From Antedon mediterranea (Eukaryota; Animalia; Echinodermata): 64,000 nt of DNA. Position numbers and translations under genes: made by a program. The stretch is from contig NC_092675.1 of assembly GCF_964355755.1 (NCBI RefSeq), forward strand, positions 739,812 through 803,811. The letters run 5' to 3'. The notes below the pieces were generated by a model that was not told where the DNA came from, ran no database searches, and worked only from the letters and a program-made list of their open reading frames with translations. Shown piece by piece: positions 51,146 through 63,957 of this stretch. Position 1 is the stretch's first letter. Each line of letters begins with the position of its first letter.

Positions 51146-53963
51146 GAGGTATATTCAGAGCGTCATTTCTGGCGACTGGAGCATCCTCTACTTCTCTACG
51201 GAGCGCCATTTATGCCTTTATTAACTTTAGCTTCCAGGGTAGCACAGTGATATCAAAAGGAAATAAGTCACTACTTTTAATATCGTTTTGTAAGTTAATA
51301 CACTGTGCTCAAGTGGATCCAATTTGGCGCCAGTGGAGCACAGTGATATAAAATAGAAATAAAGTCATTTAAGTTTCAATATCTTTTCGTATGTTAATAC
51401 ACTGTGCTGTGGACCTAATTTGAAGTCAATTAAGTTTAAATGTGCTCAAGTGGAGCACAGTGATATAAACAACAAATAAGTTACTGAATGTTAATATCTT
51501 TTCGTATGTTAATACACTGTGCTCCAGTGGATTCAATTTGGTGCCAGTGGTGGAGCACAAAATAGTCACATACAAAAACATCGAGAAAAAATACTTCTGT
51601 AAATACTTCAAAATTATTTCAAACTTCCAGGTATATAGGCTATGGTAAATATCGGTTACTCCATAAAAATTAGATTCAAGTCACATCAGTGATTTTATTA
51701 ACTTGCGTTTGTCTAAGATAAATACTTATTAGTGTCACCGAAGAGTGCACCTATTCATTGAAATATGACATTAAATATTAAGTTGGGACAGAGCTAATAA
51801 TGAAAATAGAGCCAAGAATTGCACTTATACTTATAACTATACATAATCACCTATAGTAATTATGGTAATGTTAAAATGTCAACTATCCAGATGCGACTTC
51901 AACATTTTAGGTGGGGGTTTCTACATAGGTTAAAGCTTGACTTCGTATATGGCCTAGCCGGCGGCGGAATTAGTCTAAGCTTCGAAATTGGTCTAGAAAT
52001 CGGCATCTTTACAAAATGTTCTATATTTGATTTTATTTCACTCTCCATTAACCCCATACAAAAACCATCGGAGACAAACTATCTGTTTAAAACATGTTTA
52101 TTCTGAGAACGGTGCGCGGGCCATACACACCAACTGTCATAACAGTTTATTCATAACATTATACAATAAAATATCTTGCATGAATCGGACATTTTCGCTA
52201 CCAATGTAGCAACATAATAAAAATGTCCGCGAATGACTAACAATACCATCTTTCCCACAACACCTGCACAACCATTGCATAACAACGAACGGTGGCATAC
52301 CAAACCGTTTCGTAAGATGAAAATATAAAATTCATTTTTTTTAATTGAGGGCGGCAAACATAAAATTTACGAGATCGAATACAGGTTGAAAAAAAAAATA
52401 AAAAAAAAAAAAAAGATGTTAAATGTGCTCTCCCTGCCTCAGCACTAAAGCCCTGCCACAGCCTTTTGGGGTCGTTTCCAGCACATCACCAGATGCATTG
52501 AGGTTATCGCCTCATGATGTGTGGTGGAAAGGGGGACGTATAATTCTGTGAACCCCAAACACAGTGGCCGCATGCCTTTAACTCTATTCCACCGACCAGC
52601 ATGGGAATCGAACCCACGACATACGTGTTGTGAACACGACGCTCAGGCGACTGAGCTAACTGATAATTTTGGTTTTAACAAGGTTAATGGGATATTTATG
52701 ATGTAATGATGAATTACGTAATACACGTATAAATAGACTATTATCAGCTGTTTAGTCATGTTTCTACTTTGTGGCCTAACGGGTAATGCTCAGCTTTGGG
52801 TGCTCCCAGTTCTAGTAGATTAAGTTTGAACCTCCACGGATATTTTTTTTAAATAAAAAATAAACAAATACAAAAAATTAATAAATAAATAAAATAAAGA
52901 ATATTGTTTTTCTTTTATTTCGCAAGAGAGATATTTTGAGGGTTGTAAATGTCAGGCCTAAACAAGTGGACCTTTTTTAAAATCAGAAACAAAGTTGCAT
53001 GGCATTATTTTTCATTAAATAGACTGCCATGAAACCTCGAAAAGAAGCCCATGTGCTCCTTCATTTTTAATACTCTTCGGTGGGCTTCTTTTCCACATGG
53101 ATGGAGTTCTTTTCGAGATTACTTTTGCAAACTAAAAGAGGGGAGCTGCTAGGTTCCCGGCCGGAAAATGTTTTATTTATATGGTTTGAACAATCTTCTA
53201 ATGTAAAAGATTAACAATAAAAATTTAACCTCGAATGACTAAAATACCATCTTCCCCATAATGCACCTGTAGTCCTGTACAAACTCATTTGCATGACAAC
53301 GCACGGCATACCAAAATGTTTAAAATAGAGTTGCAAAGTCTCCGGAAATGACATCTATTATTTTTTCAAACCACATGTATAAGAATCTTCAGTTACCCAC
53401 CATGCTTGCCGCTGAGCAAAGACAATTTTGAAAAATAGAGCTGCATAGGTTCCCGCCGGAAAAAAATGGAACTTTACATATAATATGAAACAAACTATAT
53501 AAGACTCATCAGGATAATAGACCTAGCTTTTCCCCATAAAGTGCACTTAATTCATTGAAAATGAAATTAAATATTACATCTCCAGTATTACCCCACCAAT
53601 GGTTGGGGCAGAGCTAATAATGAAAATAGAGTCAAGAACTATACATCTATGGCAATTATGGTAATGTTAAAATTTCAACTATCCAGATGCGACTTCACAA
53701 TTTTAGGTGGGTTTTCTACTTTAAAACTTGACTTCCTATATGGCCTACCCGGCGGCGGAATTAGTCTAAGCTTCGAAATTGGTTTAGAAATTGGCATAAA
53801 TAAATAAATAAAATACTGAATATTATTTCTATATACCACTGTGCTCAATTGGACCAGTTGCCGTAGTACTTTTTCTATTTCTGAAGTAAATAAAGGCATA
53901 AATGGCGCTCCGTAGAGAAGTAGAGAAGGCTCCATTGTCAGAATGAGGCTCTGAATATACCTC
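51146..53963. mobile_element. Non-coding TIR element (GAG...CTC termini, ~85-bp imperfect TIRs) with subterminal repeats
   Basis: GAGGTATATTCAGAGC...CTCTACTTCTCTACGGAGCGCCATTTATGCCTTTATT is inverted at ~53880-53963. GAGCACAGTG motifs recur in both orientations. An internal ~200-bp direct repeat lies at 51782-52006 and 53602-53797. No TSD is evident. Confidence 0.7.
52390..52661 (-). mobile_element. tRNA-derived SINE-like element nested in the TIR element
   Basis: Minus strand: TAGCTCAGTCG (A box), GGTTCGATTCC (B box), a GC-rich body, and an end of ACATTTAACATC plus poly-T. Confidence 0.65.
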
Positions 53964-54618
53964 GTCCTAACAAGGACTTGATGGTAGAGGGCGCTATCTA
54001 TCGTCATCATTCAGAGCCATTTAATTATATTGAAATATGGCTCTCTCTCTATCATAACCTTTCTTAAACCTGAAAAAAGTCGTAATGAAACGTCATATGT
54101 AATTAACTTCATTTGAACATTACATTATTTGCTGTTTTTGGTTGTTGTGTTCTATGATTGGCACATGACAAACAATAAATAACAACCACTTTGATATAAT
54201 ATAATTATTATTAGGACGTTTAATGTAGGCCTACTCGTATTGTGACAGGAACGAATTTCTGACATTATTACAATACATTTCACACATATGGGGATGTCCG
54301 TGTAACCGCAAAACTGCAATGCCACTGATGCGATACATCTCCAACAAAAAAATATATATTATTTATAGGCCTAAATGGCTGTGACGTGAATTACAACATA
54401 TTGCAATATTCTTGTCGTTTTTTATGTGCACATGATCAGTTCATTAACCCGTTCATGCCGAAGATGACGTCAACTCAGCAACTATAAACGTCATAACGCT
54501 CTACAAATAATTTAAAGTAACGTTACGTCAGTAGCTTAACCCTCAAATATTGCGTAACAAAATGTACTTTTTTTCTATATATAATTATATTACATAGAAA
54601 TAATATAGTTATCTATGA

Positions 54619-57600
54619 TTACATGCGCATTTCATTATGATTATGCGCAACCTTAAGTTCATCAAACGCCACATGACCTAATATATCTGTGATTCTAGGT
54701 CTCCTGTACGGATCCTTATTGATGCAACTATCTCCAAGAGATTCTAGAAATGTCATATTCCTTTTTGAACCGATTTCTTTTACTATTAACCCGATTTGGA
54801 ATATGTCCGAGGCCGTTGACTCCTTATGCGTACCACTTACGAGTTCAGGAGCTATGTGCGTATGATTCTTTCTAAAGCGAGCCTTTTCTTCCTCACACAA
54901 CCTGTACTCTTGTGGATGGTTTAAGGACGAAACCTGTCCTAGATCAATTATTCTTCCAGCCCAACGACAGTCCGCAAATACAACTAAAATATTATCACCC
55001 TTTAAGTCATTGTGTAGTAGATGGTTTTTGTGCAAAAATTTTACTCCTAAAACTACATCGAGCACAATGTTTAGCCACTGGACATTCGTAATTCCGTTTT
55101 CAGCTGATTTCAAAAATCGCGAAATAGTCTTCGATTCAAGGGTCTTATGATCCCCTAAAAACATAGCCACTAAACGCAGCGGATGCCCTTCGTCTACAAC
55201 CCCGATCAAGAAAGGAAACGCATAATGCGTTGACGTCAACTGCATTGCACGCACCTCACACTGAAACTTTTGACGTATGTGGTTCCGAGTTTTGTCTGGC
55301 GCGTTTGCGTCCAGGTATACGGTTTTCACTGCCACCAGAGTTCTGGTCGGCAGAAACTGCATCAGTTCCACTTTGCCAAACACACCTCTGCCAATGACCA
55401 CAGGGTCATTATTCCCAAGACGTATGATCGGATTCAGATCACACGGATTGATATAGTTCCAGCGAGGAAGCTCAGCTATTAGTTTGTCTCTACGATCTGT
55501 CCTTTCGCAAATGTCTGCCCTGCCGTTACACGGTGGTCCTGCGATCATAATCCTATTTGCCACACACTGCTGTCTCTCAGCATTTGCTAATTTTTTTCTA
55601 AGCTGTTCCACCTCATGTCGTAGTTTTTGATTTGTTCTAAAAATAATGAGCACAAATCTAATAAATTTGGACTACTTCTATAACATTTTGTATTTTTCCA
55701 GGATAGAAATTAAAATAAGAAATTATAAAATGACCAATTGACATATTTTCAGTCAACTCAAATTCCTACTGTTAATCACAATGCCATTATTTAAAATAAC
55801 CAAATTATACAAACATGTCGAATCTTTTAATGTTAGCAAAAGGCAGAACATAAATCCTATAATACGAACTTACCTATTAGCATTATCCGCGATTACCCTA
55901 ATCCTGTTATCTTTGTGAGACACTACATTTTGTAGTTGTACAACACGCAACCTCAACGCTTCCTTCTCAACGGCCGTCTCATCTTTTACTGAATCCGTTT
56001 GAATTTCGACCGTGTTGGTGGTGACTTCAGGAACTTGTGGCAGTGTTTCGTTAAACCTAACACAACAGTCATAACATTGTCATCATGGTAATTATGCATA
56101 ACGTACAAGTATGCCAATACGTAAAATATTACATGACACACAAGCATTTCGTAATAAACATCACGAGGTGACACTATTGACACTTGAAATGAATTTTGTT
56201 TTCACAAAGTGACACAAAATGTTTGCCTTACAAACTATTTTATTAATTAACAAGATTTACACAAAGCGTTATAGTCGTGAAAAATAGAAACGTTTTAATT
56301 ATAATGTCTTGAATTTGAAATTATGTGTTGTGAGGTCTCTACTTAAAGCCTGTTTGTCGTAATTTGTGAATCATTTGAATGGTCAGTTTTAACGATCGTG
56401 ACGTTGAAGTTGAACTCGGTTCTTTTACCCCACCCCTCCCCTTTTTCTGTAAAATCGTTGAATCATGTCAGTTCAACGCAACTCAACTCGCCGTAACGTT
56501 ACGTCGACATGAAAACAGGCTTTAATTGTGTTTAAGCTAAACGCTGTATTTATCCAACTACAGTATACCCGGTTAGTATGAAAAGACGGTTTATTCAATT
56601 CACAAAATACAAACGTTTCTTTGTTCTCGGCAGTTTCTTTTTCGGCGATTCTTAATTCTAACTGGGTTTTCAACGAATCCCGCTCGGTACAAAGCTCATT
56701 GTTGCTAAGAAGTAACCTGTCTGAAGCAGCTTTTACTTTATCCAGTCTTTCCCAGAGTCGAGACACTTCTGTCTTTTTGTCCTGAAGTGTGAAAGTTAAG
56801 AAATAACGTTTTAAGATAGTGTTGCCGTAACAGAAAACTGACCAAAGACATTAGATAAATTAAATTATCACTTAGGAAAATGTTGATCAACGGTGATTTG
56901 GAAGTCACCAGATGTTAGACCTAAGCTCTGTCTACACTACATCAACCTTTATGTGACAAAAAAATGATGTGACCATATATGGACGCCATCATCTTTCTAC
57001 CATATTGGCACATCACAACTAGTTTAATAGTGCAGACAGAGCTAGCTTTACAGAAAGCCGTTGTTACTTTACAATTACAAAGATTATCTTCAAACAAACC
57101 AAACATCTTAACTCCTCAATATAACCGTCATCACTACGTTTAACATGGACAACGGTTTGACATAGTTACCTCTAAGGTATCAACAGCAATATCTCGATGC
57201 ATCTTGATTATCGTGAGCTGTTCCATCAGATGTGTCGGGTTAGTTTGGTAGTGTGACGTAGTTTTCATTGATGGATCAAGCACGTGCTTATTTACCTCCT
57301 CAAGATGTTGACTGAACACATTCCCGTTTATGGATGCCACGATTAGAGCTGGATCGTTGGAAATAATTTGGCCCAATGACTGTAATAATAAAAACAAAAC
57401 TGTTTACATCATAACATTTGTCATAACTGGCATTTTGTACAAATCACCAACATATTGTAACTAATTAGAAATTCTTACCTTATCGGCAGTTTCATCTTCA
57501 TTAAGGAATTGTTTATCAGATATTTTCTCACTAACGGGTGGAATGTCACGTTCTTCAGTAGGCTGAGAAGCATCACATGCTGCATCATTGATGTTAGTTG

Positions 57601-58540
57601 AGTTTTCAATTATTCCTGCTAAAGAGTGACTACGTAGGCCTACACCAGAGGTTTCTGGTCCATCAATATTAAGATTGGCTGTCTCTCTTATAAGGTTATA
57701 CTCATTATAGCCAGGAGGAATTGTGTCGGCTTGCTCTATGACGTCAATCAATGGTGGTATACTATCGGTCGACAGTATACTTTCTTCTTTACCATTACTA
57801 GAATCGTCAGATAGTTTATTCAAAGACGTAGTACGATTATTGTCCGATAAAGAAGGCGGATTAGCAAGACGAGATTTTTCTAAAGAATAAAATATTTCAT
57901 TGAAAGAGGATGTCTGTCCTTGATTCTGAATCCGTTCTGGTGAGATTTTAAAGAATTTAGTCTCATTTGATTTTTCAGTAACGCCATTACTGTGGTTCAA
58001 TTTTCGATGGTTTCCAACTCGGTCAAGACAATCTCCGTTATTTTCACGTGATTTTCTTTGGGATTTTGTCTCTTCATCATTGTCTTCACGTTGAATTGTA
58101 GTTCTAATGTTCAACTGTATGTTACTAACTTCTGTGGGTTGTCCAGGACCTAAAATCACTTTCTCAAAATCTATATTTTCAGAAGGAATGTGTTGTTGTT
58201 TCGGAAGTTTTGAATCTTGAACTTGAACTTTATTTATAACAGTGACTCCACTAGTTGTTTTACAAAGTGGTCTAATTTGGCTAGTGGCATTGTTGTTGGT
58301 TGTATTGACGTGAGCTCCGGGTCTAGAGGAGGAGGCCTTGTTGCTGTAATTTGTTGCTGAATTTGATCTACCGGTTCGTGGATGTACTGGTCTAGTTTGG
58401 TTATGATTCAGTGTCCCCCTTCTACCTCGTACTTGGCGACGTCGATAACAGTTAGGCCTATTTGTTAAACCAATAGGCCCATTTCCGTAGAAATGTTTGT
58501 ATACGTCGTCACTGCCATCCGCATATGGGGGACGATACAT
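54619..58540 (-). CDS. Protein kinase (non-RD, HND catalytic loop) with long disordered and coiled-coil N-terminus, ~879 aa
   Basis: Exons 57479-58540, 57170-57379, 56615-56781, 55874-56056, 54619-55636. Junctions are GT-AG, in frame, 2640 nt total. Kinase motifs: GRGVFG, VAVK, alphaC E (CEVRAM), HNDLKGDN, IIDLG, APE, DIFQIG, RP. A probable non-coding first exon has its donor near 59064. Confidence 0.88.
56924..57043. mobile_element. MITE family A copy in a kinase intron
   Basis: AGCTCTGTCTACACTA...TAGTGCAGACAGAGCT. Confidence 0.7.
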
Positions 58541-59063
58541 AATACCTAAAACGCAAAAAAAGAAGCAAATATAAGAAATAACTACAGCAATAATAAATTA
58601 GTAAACAACAATTCATAAAACTTCCTGTTCTAGGCCTAGGCCTATATCACACTTACATACGATGCGCCCAATGCTTTAAAAAAATTGTTGTTATGTATTT
58701 TAATTATTTCAGAATGGTGGTACAATTAAAATAATTATCTTTTTTTACAGAAGTGAATAACTTTATTAAAACTGTAAAATGGCCTAGGTCTATTTAAATT
58801 CTTTAACTGTAACATTATTTTATTCGATTTCAAATATATAAGAAAGAAGATTTGTCAATTTGCGATTTGTCTGAGAACGAGAAAATAAATTTGATTTATT
58901 GCGTTATATTAGGTAATTAGTTATCTAAGCCTAGTTGGTAGGCCTCCTACGAATTGCAAACTTTAATGATGTCGCTGAAGTTGAGTTCTTGACACAATAA
59001 ACGTAGCCTATATATGTGATTTTAGCTTTAGAACATAGGCCTAAACAGGCAAAAGTTACTTAC

Positions 59064-59350
59064 GATCATGGAATTCTAATGTAATCTTCTCCCAGAAATC
59101 TGCTATGAATCAGTAAATTAGTGTGTACTATCATTACCTAAGTTTCTACTTCATGAATGAAATCGCATTGTTTGTTTGCATTTTGAGAACAGAATGCGTT
59201 ACCCGGAGAAACTTTCTATTTTCTAACGCACACGGCGCCATAGAAACTGCGCGCGTTCCACTACGCATTTCCTATTTTTAATAAAGTCGCGTCATATTTC
59301 CGGTCGAGAGAGGAAAAGCAAAGTCCGTAAATTTGATTTAAAACCGAAAA
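59064..59350 (-). promoter_or_regulatory. Probable non-coding first exon and promoter of the kinase gene
   Basis: Donor C|GTAAGT near 59064 and a CpG-rich patch (GCGCGCG, GTCGCG, TTCCGG) at ~59190-59310 in an AT-rich background. An upstream in-frame stop indicates 5' UTR. Confidence 0.45.
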
Positions 59351-59881
59351 TTCAATTTTTCAAGAAAACTAATCTTAATACCGTATTTTAAAACAGTGGA
59401 TATTTTCATAAAATGAACCGGTTCTAAGAAAAAAAAACGGTTTTCGTGGATCAAAAGTATCAAGCTTTATTTTGTAAACGTTTTTATGAAAAATCTTTAT
59501 AAATTCTGAATTCTAGTTTACACAACAATACAAACCAACTATACCTAAAAAAACATTATACATTGTTACAAAAACATAGAAATAAAATATAAGTATTTAA
59601 ATAATTCATTTTGAACTTTCAAGTTACTTACTACTTTATCATTAGGTTCATGAATGATTGTTTGACAGAAGGTGATCATAAACAGCATAAAATAGCCTTC
59701 CAAATTGTTAAAAGTACATAGTTATCATCAAATGCATAATATAAATTGTGTATATATAAATTCGCAATATGGAAAAAAAATAAGGAAGTTGTAAAAAGAA
59801 TATATTTTTGACTACGTAAGCTTCCAGTGTCAGCTACTAACTCCTTCCACTGAAGATAACTACAATATCTATTTTGATAAT

Positions 59882-62800
59882 TTATTCATTGTAATCACGA
59901 CGAGCAAACGATGGGCTTGTATTGGAAAAATCTGCATCCATTTCATACGCATAATTATAACGGAAGTTCTGCAAAGATTCCTGACCACGTCTAATAATGT
60001 CGCGAACGAGAATTGGATCTTCATATCTCGGTGGTTCATGCATTGAGGTTTGATTCATGTTACCCATGTAAATAGCATTGTTGAAACGGACCTGTTTACT
60101 AGTTTCAATTGAGCTACTATCAGGTTGTTCGTTTGGTTCTTCTTTGTTTCCCTCGTCACTTATTGGCACTTCTCTTTCGCTCTTTCGTGTTTGTTGTCCG
60201 TTTCTGTCGTGTAAAGGTTCTTCTGTTTCATCAGTTTCCATTTGAAGTATCCTTTCTACCGTTTCAAGTTTTGGGTTTGATCTAATAAGGAGGAGATACT
60301 TATATTTCTTTGAGGTACAGGTTTATTTTACACCCCCCAAAAAAATTATATACTATCAATGTATAATGCAAATATCCTGGACATATGAATATTACTAACC
60401 TGTTAATGTTATATATCATGATTGAACAGATGCCAATGAAGAGTACAAGGCATCCAAGTGTAATGGACACAATCAAAATCACACTGTTTTCTAAGATAAA
60501 TAAAGAAGGTTATTATATAACATCATTATTAAATTAGTAATTACTGCTAATATCATTATTCTTATTATATATTATAATTATACTTAATTCGTTTATTCCA
60601 TTTGTTCTTTATTTTGTATTCAATGTACATATACAGCATTACAGATACAAAGATATTTAACTAATATACATAATTACATATAAAACAATACAATAACCGT
60701 ATTTAAAGTAATCTTAGTACATTTACCACTCTTAAAATATTATTCTACCTTCAGAAATTGGATCATCTTCCTGACAACGATTGCCTTTATAATAAATGGC
60801 ACAGCGGCAGTAGGCATTTCCATCACTTTCCTTTTCACATTCCCCTCCATTTAGGCAATATCCTTCACAGGAATCTGGACACAACATTTCATTACTTTTT
60901 GTGAAACATTGAAATTATATATATCTATATATATAAAGTTTGGAAAAGAGGCATATCTTTCTGCTAATGTGTAGGCCCACTCAACACAATTTGCAGCATC
61001 TTTGAAACAGGTTATGCTTCCTAGAAAATGTGTACACATATGCCTATTCTGTTGCTCTAAGGTTGTGATAGGAAGCTGATCATAAAGTATTTATATATTA
61101 TTTATTTATTATTTCTTTCTGCAGGCACTTTCAGTACTAGTGCAATGAAAAAAATGATTTTATACATGTCTATCAATAGTCAATATGTAGCTCTTGATAT
61201 ACACACCTATGCATCCATTTTGTCCAATACCATCACCATAAAACCCAAAAGGGCATTCACAAGATGTATCATCACATGTTGCATTCGGGTGACATTGTCC
61301 ACAGTTGGGTGCTGCAAAATAGAAATATTTTCTTACATTATTTCAGGTCAGAAGTTATTAAAATACATAACATAATATTCTTCAATTATGTAATATTTGT
61401 GATAACAGCTTTTTATAAAGAAAGATAAAAAGAGGTGCTCGGTGTATGTTATAAAAGATAAAGGCGAAGACTGTACTTAAGGAAATGAGCCAGCCAGTTC
61501 TTTTCTAATTGCCTTAAGGGACTCTCTACTTCTCATATGATGTGAAGTGTCCTGACCACTTGGCTACCCCAATGCTATACCTTCTGGGACTTAAAATATG
61601 CACAATGATTAATTTAGACTTACCAATACAGTCATTGATGTTGACAGACCCTATCTGACTTGTCAAGGTACCCTCAGGGCAATAAAAACACACTCTTTGA
61701 TCTTGCTCTGGTTGATATGCCCCAATGGGACATGGTTCACAACGATTTTCCCTCTCAATTAAGTACTCACCAAAGTAACAATATGCTAAGAACCAAAAAG
61801 AGTGATTGTCATGCTATTATTCAATCATATCAAAACATAGCACGCAGTGGTGGTCAATTATTCATAACATTTCCTTATATAGTAGATCTACCTCTATAAC
61901 AATACCATAATTACCCAAATTCTCCAAAATCTTACCAAGGTTGCAATTATCAACTGAAATTGAACCTGTATCTGCAGTGGTCAGTCTTATAGGGCAAGCT
62001 GTGCAGGACATGTCACCATCTGGTTTGTAGGTACCAACTGGGCATGGCTGACAAGACCCATCCAAGCCTTGCTCAACACCAGCTTCGTCACAAGTTACTA
62101 AACAATAATAAGACAATAATAGTTTTAAGTGAGTTTGTTCATTTTATTTAAAAAAATAAACATTATAATGAAGACTACAATCTTATTAAATTTACATTTT
62201 ACATTTAAAAACTTTATTTTACCCATAGGGAAACTCGGTTAGCTTTATCAATTGGACATACATGAGATATTACAAGAAATATAAAGTTTAGAATAAACGA
62301 TATATAAAGACAGTATGTCACAATTAAAATAAAAAGTAAATAACACTTCTGTTCTTACCATTGCAATAACTAAGTAGTGGAGCTCCCAGCAACTCAGTAT
62401 TGGTTCCAGAGGGGCATGCTGTACATTCAAATGAACCAATCTGGTCTTGGTAGAATCCAAGAGGACAAGGGGCACATTCCATGCCATTGAAATACTCACC
62501 AACCTCACAAATATCTAATTAAGAAACAGTTTAATATTAGCAGTGCCACTGATGGAGATACAATAGTAGTAATTATGATAGTAAGTAAGTACTACAACAC
62601 CAATATATGTGATGGTTGAAATTCAATGATCATGTGTCACTTCAGTCATTATAGCAAGAGTGCATATTAGACCTCAACAATATCAACAACAAAAAACATT
62701 GCTACAAATGAAAAATAAATGCTTTAGAATTTAGACCATATATAAGTAATAATCATATTCATTTATAGGCCTATATAATTACAGATCTATACAGTAAAAT

Positions 62801-63957
62801 CAATTGGAAATCTAACCTTTACATTGTGTGACATCGATAGAGGTAAGACCCTGTGTGGTCATTCCATTTGGACATGCTGCACATGTGACTTGTCCAGTTT
62901 CGTTCTGATACGTGCCTTGTGGACACTGCACACATACATCTTCAGCAGTATCATGGTATTCACCTTCAGGACAGAGAACTTGAATAAAAAATAAAAGACA
63001 GAGAACTTGAATAAAAAATAATAGACAGAGAACTTGAATACAAATTTTAACATTTCGTAGAATACAGTAATGTCACATTACTGCCGTTATAATAAGCAAT
63101 ACTGACAGAATGTTCATACAGTTAATTTTGTAACAGTTTTAGAAGCTATTTTAAGCTTTTATTAAAATAGAGAGGTTACATATAGACAACTTATTCTTTT
63201 GTAAAACACTGCTGAAGGATCCTTTGTACACCTGATGGGGTCACAACAAGATATTGCTTTCCAAACCTACCACACATTTCTCCACTAAGAACGGATCCTG
63301 AGTTACAATTCAAGTTGGTAGAAACAACCAAATTACTAGTGTCCACATCACCACCTGTAGTTGTACTCAGATTACCAGCAGCTGCTTGCTCTACCAGTAC
63401 TTCATCAATGGTACGACCATCAGCTGCTGTTGTTGTTCTGAAAGAGAAATCAAAATTGATATGATAATATGTGATTTAAAAAAAAATGTGCACCACCTAC
63501 TTGACAAAACTAAGGAAATCATAAACAGACAATATATTAGAACACACCTCGAATGTTGTGGATTTTTGCACATTCACCATAAGAACAGATTTTAAAAATG
63601 AATTAATTATAATCATTTCTGAAACCATTTTGGTTGATGTTATTAAAGAAAATACATATTAATTTCTACATTTTACATGATGTACTTTTTACCCATTTGT
63701 ATTAATAGCGACTGTAACTGTTGCCGCTTGGCCCACAGTCTGACGTCTGCGCCTTCTACGAGCAGTAGAGTCGCACTCAACTACCACACCTGCCGTTCCA
63801 AAATCACAAACTGGAGCTCCACATACACCTAGGAACATGTTGAGCTCATTCATAACACCTTCAAACTCACTGACAAGGGCATCAATTGTTTCATTGTCAC
63901 ATTGACCAATGGTGTATTCTAAACTGAGGTCAACTGTTGCACCTGGGTTTACAGATT
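59882..63957 (-). CDS. Single-pass membrane protein with ephrin-receptor-like (GCC2/GCC3) Cys repeats and EGF domains (uninflatable/SVEP1/SCUBE-like modules); 5' part beyond window end
   Basis: Exons: 63693-63957 (contains RRRRR|Q); 63271-63437; four phase-1 repeat exons 62817-62978, 62359-62514, 61936-62097, 61624-61785 (C..CP.G.YQ.....C..CP.G..T...G......C); EGF exons 61207-61311 and 60749-60874 (CEGYCLNGGEC...CRC...YKGNRC); TM exon 60400-60490 (VILIVSITLGCLVLFIGICSIMIY); cytoplasmic tail 59882-60281. A minus-strand AATAAA lies near 59465-59470. Confidence 0.88.
62970..63040. repeat. 27-bp tandem repeat (~2.6 copies) spanning a splice acceptor
   Basis: GACAGAGAACTTGAATA starts at 62970, 62997 and 63024. 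Confidence 0.9.

Noticed and set aside
52585-52661. tRNA gene
   Set aside because: A and B boxes are present, but there is no proper acceptor stem and the sequence continues into a SINE-like body. The tRNA-like heads at ~700, ~16350, ~21680, ~25230 and ~33620 are likewise SINE-derived.
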